From Candidatus Kaiserbacteria bacterium (GTDB taxonomy: Bacteria; Patescibacteriota; Minisyncoccia; Phycocordibacterales; UBA918): DNA of 43,950 nt. This document shows, piece by piece, positions 1 to 8,487 of the stretch. The stretch covers positions 1 through 43,950 of the forward strand of contig JANLIJ010000068.1 of assembly GCA_024653575.1 (NCBI GenBank), written 5' to 3'. Position numbers and translations under genes: made by a program. Below the pieces are notes generated by a model. The model did no database searches and was not told the DNA's origin. It saw only the letters and a program-made list of their open reading frames with translations. Every line of letters starts with the position of its first letter. The first letter of the stretch is position 1.

Positions 1-144
1 CTTTATAAAGGACATGCGCACGATGTGGCTTAATAGAGCCGTATATTAACCAATCAAATCTTTAGTGAAAATAATGATATGACAACAACTACATATTTAT
101 TTTTGCCGCTTGACTTATTTGTGTTTAGTGTGATTATTTGCACC

Positions 145-930
145 CTACAATTCCTTCCAAACCAACTCAAAAAAGAGTTTGATCATGTTGTAAATTGTCT
201 CATCTTCAATAATGATTCCCACAAAATGTGGTTCATTGAAATTGATGATAGATACTTTATTTTTGGCATACAGCGTGAGGTCTGCTTTGAAAGGGAATTC
301 GCCTTCTGCAAGATGCTTCATCTCTAAGTGTAACCGCTTTTCGAATGCACTGTACTCATCCTCGATTGTGCGCGAATCAAACGGAACAATTGCGCGCGTA
401 GTTATCCCAGCCTGTGCTTTTCGCTTTAAATAGTTCTGTTTGAATTCACCATCAACGAGCGGTAACAAGTCTGCAGTGTTACTAAATGCAAGCATTTCAT
501 ATTTGCTTTCTCCACTGACGTGATCTTCATATATAGTTAAAATTCCCTCTTTTCCGTTGAAAAACCTAATTACGGGCTTATTTGACGAACTTTTATATAT
601 GCCATCAAGAAGTGGCATAATGATGCCTAATTTTTCTTTGGCTTCTTTTGCAAGAGAAACCTGCATATCGGCATATTTTTCAAGGTATTGTGGGTTCTCT
701 GCTTGATAAAAGAACTTTTTGCGTTTTTCGTATTCTGTTACAAGCCCTTTTACTGAAAGTGTTGTGAGTACCTTGTACACGGTTGTGCGGTTAAGGCCTG
801 TCTCATGTGCAACGGTCGAAGGAAAAGCCCCTCCAGATTCTAGAAGATATGCGTATGTTATTGCCTCTTTATCACTAAGGCCAACTTTGTGTAGCTTTGA
901 AGTAAGTGCGCTATTAAATTCCTTTTTCAT
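145..930 (-). CDS. TrmB-family transcriptional regulator
   Basis: ORF 145..948. The N-terminal winged-HTH stretch GLSDKEAITYAYLLESGGAFPSTVAHETGLNRTTVYKVLTTLSVKGLV is typical of TrmB. Start moved to the second Met (MKKEF). A paralogue lies at 9099..9866. Confidence 0.8.
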   Translation of the reverse strand: MKKEFNSALTSKLHKVGLSDKEAITYAYLLESGGAFPSTVAHETGLNRTTVYKVLTTLSVKGLVTEYEKRKKFFYQAENPQYLEKYADMQVSLAKEAKEKLGIIMPLLDGIYKSSSNKPVIRFFNGKEGILTIYEDHVSGESKYEMLAFSNTADLLPLVDGEFKQNYLKRKAQAGITTRAIVPFDSRTIEDEYSAFEKRLHLEMKHLAEGEFPFKADLTLYAKNKVSIINFNEPHFVGIIIEDETIYNMIKLFFELVWKEL

Positions 931-1147
931 ACAAAAATGATAGCACACATTTTGTTACTTTTTATGCACAGAATATACTTTTTCTTGTTTTTTTCTTAAT
1001 TAAAGCCATTTTTTGGACTAGAATTGATATTTAAAATACACAAAATATATTCGCACAGTATGATGAGTCTCTGTTTGCCATAAGAGTAAATAGAGTAGCA
1101 CGATGGGGGCAAACCCATTCAAATAAACCATTACAGGAGAGCCAGAA

Positions 1148-1519
1148 ATGAAACCTCGAGTTCTTTTGATTGACGATGACTCAATCATGCTTCTTGAAAA
1201 ATACCTCCATGCAATGTCGAGCATTACTTTGGTGGCGCCCGTAGATTACAAGGAAGCAATAATGATGGCGAAACACGAACAGTTTGACGCTATTCTCATG
1301 GATGGTAGCTTCGGTGACTATACGATGGATAATGGTCCTGGAGTTGTACGTAGCCTTCGTACCTTGAAAATTTCAACACGGATAGTGATGTTCTCATCAT
1401 CATTTTTTAGCAACATGGCAGGCATCAACAACGGGGCTAACGATGTTTGGAATAAGGACCGCCTAGGTTCACCCGGTTGGGAAAAAAGTCTCCTCGAAGT
1501 GCTTTTCTTGAAGAAATAA
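1148..1519 (+). CDS. single-domain response-regulator receiver (CheY-like)
   Basis: SD caggagag precedes the ATG. Receiver motifs present: LLIDDD acidic pocket, FDAILMDG putative phosphoacceptor Asp, IVMFSSS, WNK Lys. No output domain. Confidence 0.7.
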   Translation: MKPRVLLIDDDSIMLLEKYLHAMSSITLVAPVDYKEAIMMAKHEQFDAILMDGSFGDYTMDNGPGVVRSLRTLKISTRIVMFSSSFFSNMAGINNGANDVWNKDRLGSPGWEKSLLEVLFLKK

Positions 1520-1552
1520 CGAGTCATTTTTCTTCCCACAAGGAGGTTCTTT

Positions 1553-1936
1553 ATGGAGCGGCTAAGAGTTCTTTTGATCGATGATCCATCAACATCCGTA
1601 GGTGATTACATTGCTAGCCATATGACCAATATCGACTTAATCGCACTACATCCTCACGAGGCGTGCATGCTCATACTTGCAGAAAATGAGCGTTTCGATG
1701 TCATTTTGATGGGTGGCGCTTTTGGTTTTGACTTTGACTTGGGTGACAATGGGATACATTACGTTACTCTGTTTCGTGCAGTAGGCGTTACCACCCACAT
1801 TGTTATGTTTTCTTCATCTAATTTTTTCAATTCTGAAGGACGTGCAGCGGGAGCAACTGCAGAATGGAACAAGAATAACCTTTGGCTCCAGTCTTGGGAA
1901 GATTCTTTGTACAAAGTACTTACTGCTAAAACGTAA
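1553..1936 (+). CDS. receiver-like domain protein, paralogue of 1148..1519 lacking the phosphoacceptor Asp (pseudo-receiver)
   Basis: SD aaggagg. Aligns with the upstream paralogue, but reads LLIDDP and FDVILMGG (Gly where the Asp is expected). Confidence 0.65.
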   Translation: MERLRVLLIDDPSTSVGDYIASHMTNIDLIALHPHEACMLILAENERFDVILMGGAFGFDFDLGDNGIHYVTLFRAVGVTTHIVMFSSSNFFNSEGRAAGATAEWNKNNLWLQSWEDSLYKVLTAKT

Positions 1937-1964
1937 AGTAAGGAACCCCACTGGACAAACTAGT

Positions 1965-1993
1965 AAAAAGCGTCGCCATCGACGCTTTTTTTT
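1965..1993. terminator. bidirectional intrinsic terminator between convergent genes
   Basis: aaaaaGCGTCGccatCGACGCtttttttt; an A-run and a T-run flank a 6-bp GC stem. Confidence 0.8.
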
Positions 1994-1999
1994 GTTTAT

Positions 2000-2794
2000 T
2001 TATAAAGCAATGTCAACAGAAACAGGGCAGTGGTCACTTCCTAAAATTTGTGGATGAATTTGTGCGCGAGATATGAGAGGGGTAAGCGTTGGTGATGCCA
2101 TGATGTAGTCAATTCTCCATCCCACATTACGTTCACGTGCACCTCCCCAATGTGACCACCAGGTGTAGTGCCCATTGCCCTTTATGAACATCCTGAACGT
2201 GTCCACGAAGCCCGCCTGTACCATCGCGTCAAAGCCTGCTCGCTCTTCTTTGGTAAAGCCTTTGTTCCCGACATTCTCCTTTGGGCGGGCGAGGTCGTCC
2301 TCGGTATGCGCAACATTGAAGTCACCACAATATATGACTGGCTTTTTCTTTTCGAGAGATTTCATGAATTCAAGATATGCTGGATCCCACGCTTCTCGCA
2401 TCGGTATGCGTGACAAATCGTCCTTAGCATTTGGGGTATACACCGTACTCACATAAAATGGTTCGAATTCGAGGGTGAGCACTCTTCCTTCTTTCGTTGT
2501 GTCGCCATATGTATCAGAAAGTTCGTATTTTTGTGCTATTTCTGGAGGAATCCCCTCAATAACGGTGAGTGGTGCGTGTTTTGTAAAGATTGCAGTACCA
2601 GAATAGCCCTTTTTCTCTGCTGAACTCCAGTATTCGTCATAATCTCCCAAATCTATCTCCACCTGTTCTCGATTTGCCTTTGTCTCCTGAATACAGAGTA
2701 TGTCGGGGTCATATTTTTCAATAAACCGAGCAAAATCGCCCTTTTTTATCACTGCACGTATTCCATTCACATTCCAAGAGAAGATTTTTATCAT
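2000..2794 (-). CDS. xth: exodeoxyribonuclease III (AP endonuclease, EEP family)
   Basis: MIKIFSWNVNGIRA...DILCIQETK...CGDFNVAH...SDHCPV are hallmark ExoIII motifs over the full length. Confidence 0.92.
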   Translation of the reverse strand: MIKIFSWNVNGIRAVIKKGDFARFIEKYDPDILCIQETKANREQVEIDLGDYDEYWSSAEKKGYSGTAIFTKHAPLTVIEGIPPEIAQKYELSDTYGDTTKEGRVLTLEFEPFYVSTVYTPNAKDDLSRIPMREAWDPAYLEFMKSLEKKKPVIYCGDFNVAHTEDDLARPKENVGNKGFTKEERAGFDAMVQAGFVDTFRMFIKGNGHYTWWSHWGGARERNVGWRIDYIMASPTLTPLISRAQIHPQILGSDHCPVSVDIAL

Positions 2795-2831
2795 ATTTAA
2801 ACTTTAATACATAAAGCGTAAAGGGGCAAAG

Positions 2832-2854
2832 AAAAAGCCCGCCAGTGACGGGCT
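2832..2854 (-). terminator. intrinsic terminator of 2900..3433
   Basis: Minus strand reads AGCCCGtcactggCGGGCTTTTTC. Confidence 0.65.
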
Positions 2855-2899
2855 CTCGCAAAGCGAGAAATGGGAGATCTCATCGCAGACCTCGTTTGA

Positions 2900-3433
2900 C
2901 TATCCGACGGTCTCCATCGTACGTGGGTACGGGAAAGTGCACAAGAGTGACAGTCCCACTTCCTTTGCCTTCTTGAACAGGATCCCGAGTTTCACCATAT
3001 CGCTAGGGATAGGCACCCCATGGGGAACAATGACGGAATGACAGCCTTGATTTCGGGCGAACGCCACCGCCCGATCGAAAGCTTCGTCGTCGGTCTCCGA
3101 AGCGACGTTGAGCCACAAGACTCGGCCCTTATCGACCAATGTCTTGAGATTTTCGACAACCGCCTTCGACGTGGGGGTAAGGATATGCTCGGGAGGATTT
3201 TCTCCCGGCAAAATAACCCATTCACCAACTTCGACGTCCTGGTTGCGTTCTTCAGTCTTTGCGCATCGAGTCAGGATGAGAACCTTCTGCACAGGACTCC
3301 TTTGCGCAGAAAGAACATCGAGAACCGACGAACAGACTTCGTTCCAGAACATCGGCCATTTGAACGTCTTGCAATCTGCACCAGGTTGCCACGAGCAAAC
3401 GATGAGGCAACCACCTACCTGTTGTGTATTCAT
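2900..3433 (-). CDS. hypothetical protein (orphan, visibly GC-richer than neighbours)
   Basis: ORF 2900..3439. Start set at the ATG 8 nt downstream of GGAGGAG. Has its own promoter-like element and terminator. No family recognised. Confidence 0.6.
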   Translation of the reverse strand: MNTQQVGGCLIVCSWQPGADCKTFKWPMFWNEVCSSVLDVLSAQRSPVQKVLILTRCAKTEERNQDVEVGEWVILPGENPPEHILTPTSKAVVENLKTLVDKGRVLWLNVASETDDEAFDRAVAFARNQGCHSVIVPHGVPIPSDMVKLGILFKKAKEVGLSLLCTFPYPRTMETVG

Positions 3434-3467
3434 TTCCACTACTCCTCCAGAACATGGGCCAACCCAG

Positions 3468-3496
3468 ACAATAGTTCTAAAATCATCTCATGTCAA
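3468..3496 (-). promoter_or_regulatory. sigma70-like promoter for 2900..3433
   Basis: Minus strand reads TTGACA, 17 nt, TATTGT, about 30 nt upstream of the SD. Confidence 0.45.
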
Positions 3497-3647
3497 CAGG
3501 CTACACCTTATCGGTGCATGATACAATAATCGAAATTACTTGAACGAATTGTATATGAAAATGAGAAGGGCGTGCGAGATATAAAGACTATCTTCTGCAA
3601 ATACTGAAAGGTTGGATAGAATTTATTTTTACTAATAATTTTGATAC

Positions 3648-4361
3648 ATGAATAATGAATCGGGGAAAAGTCACGGACAAAGCTCTCTGAAATATTCTGA
3701 CGGGCTTGTTGATAATTACACGAATACTCGAGAACGCTTCAACGAAACTGATAGTATACTTTTTTCAAAAATACATCGAGAGGGTGGCGTGATGGGGAAG
3801 CGGGTACTTGACCTTGGTTGTGGAGACGGTTCTCATGCAATAGTGCTAAAAGAAATGGGCGCTTGTGAAGTCTTTGGCATTGATATCAATGAAGCAATGC
3901 TAAGAAGGGCGAATCAAAAATTAGATGGAGTTGAGGGAGTCTCACTTATCCTTGCAAATGGGGCAAGCCTACCGTTTCAGAATGATTCCTTTGATTTTAT
4001 CATTTCAAATTATGTAATTCAGTATTTTAAAGACGTGACAAAAGTTTTTGCTGAAATCGGAAGAGTGCTTAACTCTGGCGGAACGTTCATTGGAACAATA
4101 AACGTCATTGAAGTAGAAGCCGGGTACGAAAACCTACACAATACAGAAATACCTATTCGCTTGGGCAGTACTGCCTCGCCGGTCATTGTACGTTTTTTTG
4201 TTAAGTCAGTTGATGAAATTTCCATGGCTATTGAAAATTCTGGACTTACAGTTGTCGAAGAAGAAGAAATGACGCATCCAAACTCAGTTATCGATGAGTC
4301 ATACCCACACCATACGCATGTCAAAAAACATGCAATGATCTATACATTAAGAAAAATCTAA
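3648..4361 (+). CDS. class I SAM-dependent methyltransferase
   Basis: Motif I VLDLGCGDGSHA and a post-I acidic residue (FGIDIN); Methyltransf_11-like layout. Confidence 0.8.
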   Translation: MNNESGKSHGQSSLKYSDGLVDNYTNTRERFNETDSILFSKIHREGGVMGKRVLDLGCGDGSHAIVLKEMGACEVFGIDINEAMLRRANQKLDGVEGVSLILANGASLPFQNDSFDFIISNYVIQYFKDVTKVFAEIGRVLNSGGTFIGTINVIEVEAGYENLHNTEIPIRLGSTASPVIVRFFVKSVDEISMAIENSGLTVVEEEEMTHPNSVIDESYPHHTHVKKHAMIYTLRKI

Positions 4362-4472
4362 GCCATCACAAATACTTGCTAACGCATATATTTGTCAACA
4401 GAGTTTTAGCAAAATGCATCAACATGCGTGATATTCTATATATAAGACTTATCAGTCTAATTATAGAGAAAT

Positions 4473-4535
4473 ATGGCAGAACGAGTTGCTCACAAGAAGG
4501 AAAAGAAGAAGCCAAAGAAAGCTACGAAGAAGTAA
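4473..4535 (+). CDS. candidate 20-aa lysine-rich micro-ORF (MAERVAHKKEKKKPKKATKK), possible leader peptide
   Basis: ATG..TAA in frame, below the ORF-track cutoff. Ends 5 nt before the terminator stem. Only a weak SD (gagaaat). Confidence 0.3.
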   Translation: MAERVAHKKEKKKPKKATKK

Positions 4536-4540
4536 AAAAC

Positions 4541-4569
4541 AAAAATGCCCCAAGGGGCATTTTTGTTTT
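4541..4569 (+). terminator. intrinsic terminator / possible attenuator upstream of the ABC-F gene
   Basis: AAAAATGCCCCaaGGGGCATTTTTgtttt; an 11-bp stem plus T-run, 44 nt before the ATG at 4613. Confidence 0.75.
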
Positions 4570-4612
4570 ATGTCTTTCTTTTGGTTCAAAAATGCGTTAG
4601 TGTAGAGCTCTT

Positions 4613-6067
4613 ATGGCAAGAGAAGCAGGGCTCATCACCTTTAGTGATGTCACATTTGAATACACGCACAACAAGCCAATTCTCGTTGGGGCTAATTTTG
4701 TGATTCGCCGTGGAGCAAAGTTTACCCTTATGGGCCAAAACGGTGCAGGGAAGAGTACTATCTTTGGACTCATTACAGGGAAATATACGCACAACGCTGG
4801 AGACCTCAACATCATGCCTCGCACGACGATAGCACTCTCACGTCAGGTAATTCCTCGCGATGAGCTCGAGCTCACTGTGCGAGAATTTTTTGAAAAATGT
4901 TTCTCTGAAAAAGTGTACAACATTGACCCAAAGATTGATGAGGTACTTGAAGTGGTGAACCTCAATGCCCCCCACGACCGCATCGTGAAATCATTCTCAG
5001 GTGGACAACAGGCACGGCTTCTCCTCGCCTCTGCACTCATTCAAGACCCCGACCTCCTCCTCCTCGATGAACCGACCAATAACCTTGATGTTGCTGGTAT
5101 TGCGCACCTCACTGATTTCCTTCGAGCATATAAGAAGACTGTGGTGGTTATTTCTCACGATGCAGACTTTCTCAACGCATTCACCCACGGAGTCCTTTAC
5201 CTCGACGTCCACACACACATCATTGAGCAATATGACGGAAACTATCACGACGTGGTGAAAGAAATTGCACTCCGTATCGAAAAGGAAAATCGCAAGAACG
5301 CACAGTACGCAAAGGAGATTCAGGCAAACAAAGACAAAGCAAACTTCTTCGCTATGAAGGGAGGGAAGATGCGCCTCGTTGCAAAGAAACTTCGTGAGGA
5401 AGTGGAGGAGTATGAAGAGAGTAAGGTAGATGTACGCAAAGAAGACAGGACGATTCGTCCGTTTACCATTGGTGTGCCTGAAGGGCTCCCTCCAAAGATT
5501 CTCACAATATCTTCTTATAAAGTCATCAAGAACCACAAGCCCACTGAGCAGACGTGCAATATAGAGCTCAAGAAGAACCACCACCTTCAGCTCGTCGGAC
5601 CAAACGGCATCGGGAAGAGCACACTTCTTGAGGCACTCGCCTCAGGACATGCGAAGGGCGAGACGATCGCTCCTCATGTAAAGATTGGATACTACCGACA
5701 GGATTTTTCCACGCTCAATTTTGACGACACCGTCTATGACGCGCTCACCAATGTCATGGAGAAGAAAATTGAAGAGGATATGCGTTCATGCGCCGCGGGA
5801 TTTCTCTTGGGACGCGATGTCATGCAGACAAGGATAGGAAGCCTCTCAGAAGGGCAGAAGGGGCTCGTCGCATTCGCACAGCTCGTCCTCATGAAGCCGG
5901 GTCTCCTCATTCTCGATGAGCCAACCAACCACATCAACTTCCGCCATCTTCCCATCATTGCTGAGGCACTCAATAAATATGAAGGTGCAATGATCCTCGT
6001 CTCCCACGTCCCCGACTTTGTGGAGAAGATTCGTATTGATGAAGTGCTCGATTTAGGAAAGAAATAG
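4613..6067 (+). CDS. ABC-F family ATPase (two ABC domains, no TM domain)
   Basis: Two Walker A motifs (GQNGAGKST, GPNGIGKST), two signature motifs (FSGGQQ, LSEGQK), two Walker B motifs (LLLLDEP, LLILDEP), and a charged inter-domain linker. Confidence 0.9.
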   Translation: MAREAGLITFSDVTFEYTHNKPILVGANFVIRRGAKFTLMGQNGAGKSTIFGLITGKYTHNAGDLNIMPRTTIALSRQVIPRDELELTVREFFEKCFSEKVYNIDPKIDEVLEVVNLNAPHDRIVKSFSGGQQARLLLASALIQDPDLLLLDEPTNNLDVAGIAHLTDFLRAYKKTVVVISHDADFLNAFTHGVLYLDVHTHIIEQYDGNYHDVVKEIALRIEKENRKNAQYAKEIQANKDKANFFAMKGGKMRLVAKKLREEVEEYEESKVDVRKEDRTIRPFTIGVPEGLPPKILTISSYKVIKNHKPTEQTCNIELKKNHHLQLVGPNGIGKSTLLEALASGHAKGETIAPHVKIGYYRQDFSTLNFDDTVYDALTNVMEKKIEEDMRSCAAGFLLGRDVMQTRIGSLSEGQKGLVAFAQLVLMKPGLLILDEPTNHINFRHLPIIAEALNKYEGAMILVSHVPDFVEKIRIDEVLDLGKK

Positions 6068-6216
6068 CTATTTGGCGTTGTTAGAACACACGTCCTCTTG
6101 CCGACTGACAAAATGGGGTGTACAGTTTTAATTGACATATCGTGGTTTTGGTCATATTCCACTATACACGTGCGTCACAAGAAATTGTTCTTTGTCTAGC
6201 TAGCATGGAGTAAAAA

Positions 6217-6465
6217 ATGGGTGCCCTGACAGCAACCAACGTAGGTACGGGTAATACTGTCCGCAACAGCGACGACGCGTCAGCATTTGTACCGATTCGT
6301 GAATGCTGTGAATGCGGTAAACACAGGCCGGTGTTCGCATGGTGGGAGCATGGAAATGCCGCCGTTTGTTGTGAGGTCTGCAACGCACTGAAAACTCAGC
6401 ACGAGCGTGACCGACCTCACTATTGGCCGGACAACGTTCAACCCCAACTCAGGGTGGTTACCTGA
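6217..6465 (+). CDS. small Cys-rich (zinc-ribbon-like) hypothetical protein
   Basis: SD GGAG 7 nt upstream. Contains CCECGK...WW...CCEVC. Followed by its own terminator. Visibly GC-rich. Confidence 0.55.
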   Translation: MGALTATNVGTGNTVRNSDDASAFVPIRECCECGKHRPVFAWWEHGNAAVCCEVCNALKTQHERDRPHYWPDNVQPQLRVVT

Positions 6466-6481
6466 GAAATTCCTCTAAAAC

Positions 6482-6514
6482 AGGCCCCGCTTTGGTGGGG
6501 CCTTTAACATTTTC
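6482..6514 (+). terminator. intrinsic terminator
   Basis: AGGCCCCgctttggtGGGGCCTtt..tttt. Confidence 0.65.
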
Positions 6515-6596
6515 AACGATTAATTCTTCCATTGCATACTTATAGAACAATGGTACGCTGTACACTACATTTATTTACATACGTTTAAGATATTTT

Positions 6597-7412
6597 ATGG
6601 AATCAAATCAGGAAAAAGATGTTGTGGGTGCAACAACAGGAACTATCGCACTGGAAATTACTCCGGCGGAAACCGTTACTCCTACAATCTCTGAAGTCGC
6701 ATCACTCCCAACCGAAACAGCACTCGCTCTCGAGGCACCACTTCCATTTTACAAGAAACACCCGACGCTTCTCGCAAGCATTTTTGCGGGAATTGTTATC
6801 CTTGGAGCAGGATACTTTGCATATGCGACCTACTACGCACACGGCGGAACGGTAGCCGTGGTAAATGGAAAGCACATCTATCGTGATGAGTTCAACGAAA
6901 GTGTTGCACTTATCATACAAGGAGCCACAGCGCAGGGGGCGGACATCGCACAGGAATCCGTACAAGCCGAAATTCGCACACAGGCGCTCGACATACTCGT
7001 CAACAACGCACTCATTACCTCAGCGGCAACCGACGCAGGCATTGTCGCAACTGACGAGGAGGTGCAATCAAAGTATGATGAGATAATTACACAACTCGGT
7101 TCAAAAGAAGAACTTGCGAAGCGCATGGCAGAAGTTGGCCTCACTGAGGAAAAACTTCGCAGTAACATAAGCGATCGCATACTCGCTGATGCGTACATCA
7201 ATTCAAAAGCGACCATCAAGGATCTTGCGGTAACTGAGGAAGAGGTGAATGCGTTCATACTCGGACTTGGTGCAGGAGCGGGAGAACTTCCACCACTTGA
7301 GGAAATACGCCCACAAATCGAAGAACAGATACTTGGACAGAAGCAACAGCAATTGATTACTGACATTATCACGAAACTCCGAGAGGAGGGGAACATTGAT
7401 ATTCGGATATAA
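6597..7412 (+). CDS. membrane-anchored SurA N-terminal-domain chaperone-like protein (no parvulin domain seen)
   Basis: One TM segment (LLASIFAGIVILGAGYFAYA), then a SurA_N-like helical region (IRTQALDILVNNALI...EEVQSKYDEI...). Confidence 0.6.
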   Translation: MESNQEKDVVGATTGTIALEITPAETVTPTISEVASLPTETALALEAPLPFYKKHPTLLASIFAGIVILGAGYFAYATYYAHGGTVAVVNGKHIYRDEFNESVALIIQGATAQGADIAQESVQAEIRTQALDILVNNALITSAATDAGIVATDEEVQSKYDEIITQLGSKEELAKRMAEVGLTEEKLRSNISDRILADAYINSKATIKDLAVTEEEVNAFILGLGAGAGELPPLEEIRPQIEEQILGQKQQQLITDIITKLREEGNIDIRI

Positions 7413-7422
7413 GTTTGACGCA

Positions 7423-7469
7423 TACTACTAAACCCCGCGCGACCGGAGGTCGCGCGGGGTTTAGTAGTA
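7423..7469. terminator. 22-bp perfect hairpin (terminator-like)
   Basis: TACTACTAAACCCCGCGCGACCggaGGTCGCGCGGGGTTTAGTAGTA; every position pairs. Confidence 0.6.
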
Positions 7470-7527
7470 TGAAACCTTAAAATAAACAGCGGTAAGAAAA
7501 GCAGGCGTCTTGCGTCACAATGAATAT

Positions 7528-7779
7528 ATGTACGAGCGATTCAATAATTACACACTCACACGCCCCCGCACTAAAAAAATCGTCGGGTGGTTTCTTGTTG
7601 TTTTTGGTTTCATCGCACTCATTACTCCACTCACCCCTGGAGGACTGCTCTTTTTCATCGGCCTAGAAATACTCGGACTTCGTTTCATCGGTACAGAAAA
7701 AGTGAAAAGCTTTTTTACACGACGTACCCCATTTGTTGCCCCCGAAACGATTACTGTTGATACCCAAACAAACTCCTAA
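7528..7779 (+). CDS. small membrane protein, PGPGW-like
   Basis: Two TM segments with the TPLTPGGLLFFIGLEILG motif. Start placed at the first ATG; the ORF track opens at a TTG at 7510. Confidence 0.55.
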   Translation: MYERFNNYTLTRPRTKKIVGWFLVVFGFIALITPLTPGGLLFFIGLEILGLRFIGTEKVKSFFTRRTPFVAPETITVDTQTNS

Positions 7780-7799
7780 ATTTACGGTATACTTGAAGA

Positions 7800-8444
7800 A
7801 TGAGAACACGAATCTTCACAGTCATAGTTATGACGCTCTGCGTCACCCTCGTGTGGCTCTTCTTTACGGAAGAACACACGATAGTAAAACGCTCACTCTG
7901 CACCGATGAATCTTTGATGTGCCCCGACGGAACAATCGTCGGAAAAGTTGCACCGAGCTGTGCATTTGCACCATGTCCCACAGTGAACACCCCTCCTGAC
8001 GTTGTTGTAGAAGATGATTTTGTCGCCTGTACCATGGATGCAAAAATATGCCCCGATGGAAGTGCGGTCGGGAGGACTGCTCCAAATTGTGAATTTGCAG
8101 AATGCCCACAACCCACCATGCCTATAGTCGTGACTTCTCCACTACGAGACCAAGAAATTACTTCACCGGTTATCATCTCAGGCAACGCCCGAGGCACATG
8201 GTTCTTTGAGGGGTCATTTCCTATTTCAATCGTCAACTGGGATGGACTCATCATTGGTGAAGGAATCGCACAGGCACAGGGGGAATGGATGACTGAGGAC
8301 TATGTTCCATTCACCGCCACTCTTTCGTACACTCTTGCAACAGGAACTCCATACAACCGTGGTGCAATCATCCTTAAAAAAGACAACCCTTCAGGTCTCC
8401 CGGAACATGACGCTTCAATAGAAATTCCGGTTATACTTCGATAG
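7800..8444 (+). CDS. secreted/anchored protein: two CPDG Cys-rich modules plus a C-terminal Gmad2-like Ig domain
   Basis: N-terminal TM segment. Tandem modules CTDESLMCPDGTIVGKVAPSCAFAPCP and CTMDAKICPDGSAVGRTAPNCEFAECP. The C-terminal stretch ISGNARGTWFFEGSFPI...ATLSY is Gmad2-like. Confidence 0.65.
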   Translation: MRTRIFTVIVMTLCVTLVWLFFTEEHTIVKRSLCTDESLMCPDGTIVGKVAPSCAFAPCPTVNTPPDVVVEDDFVACTMDAKICPDGSAVGRTAPNCEFAECPQPTMPIVVTSPLRDQEITSPVIISGNARGTWFFEGSFPISIVNWDGLIIGEGIAQAQGEWMTEDYVPFTATLSYTLATGTPYNRGAIILKKDNPSGLPEHDASIEIPVILR

Positions 8445-8487
8445 AAGTAACATATTGGCACCGCCGTATATAATTCACTTTTATTGT

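Noticed and set aside
3020-3529. 169-aa plus-strand ORF (and 3108..3521) overlapping 2900..3433
   Set aside because: It is antisense to the better-supported minus-strand gene, which has an SD, a promoter and a terminator. The product is Arg/Ser-rich and low-complexity, typical of shadow frames in GC-rich DNA.
4376-4600. 74-aa ORF between the methyltransferase and ABC-F genes
   Set aside because: It has no SD, it reads straight through a strong terminator hairpin, and it has no recognisable fold. The 20-codon frame at 4473..4535 fits the local signals better, though only tentatively.
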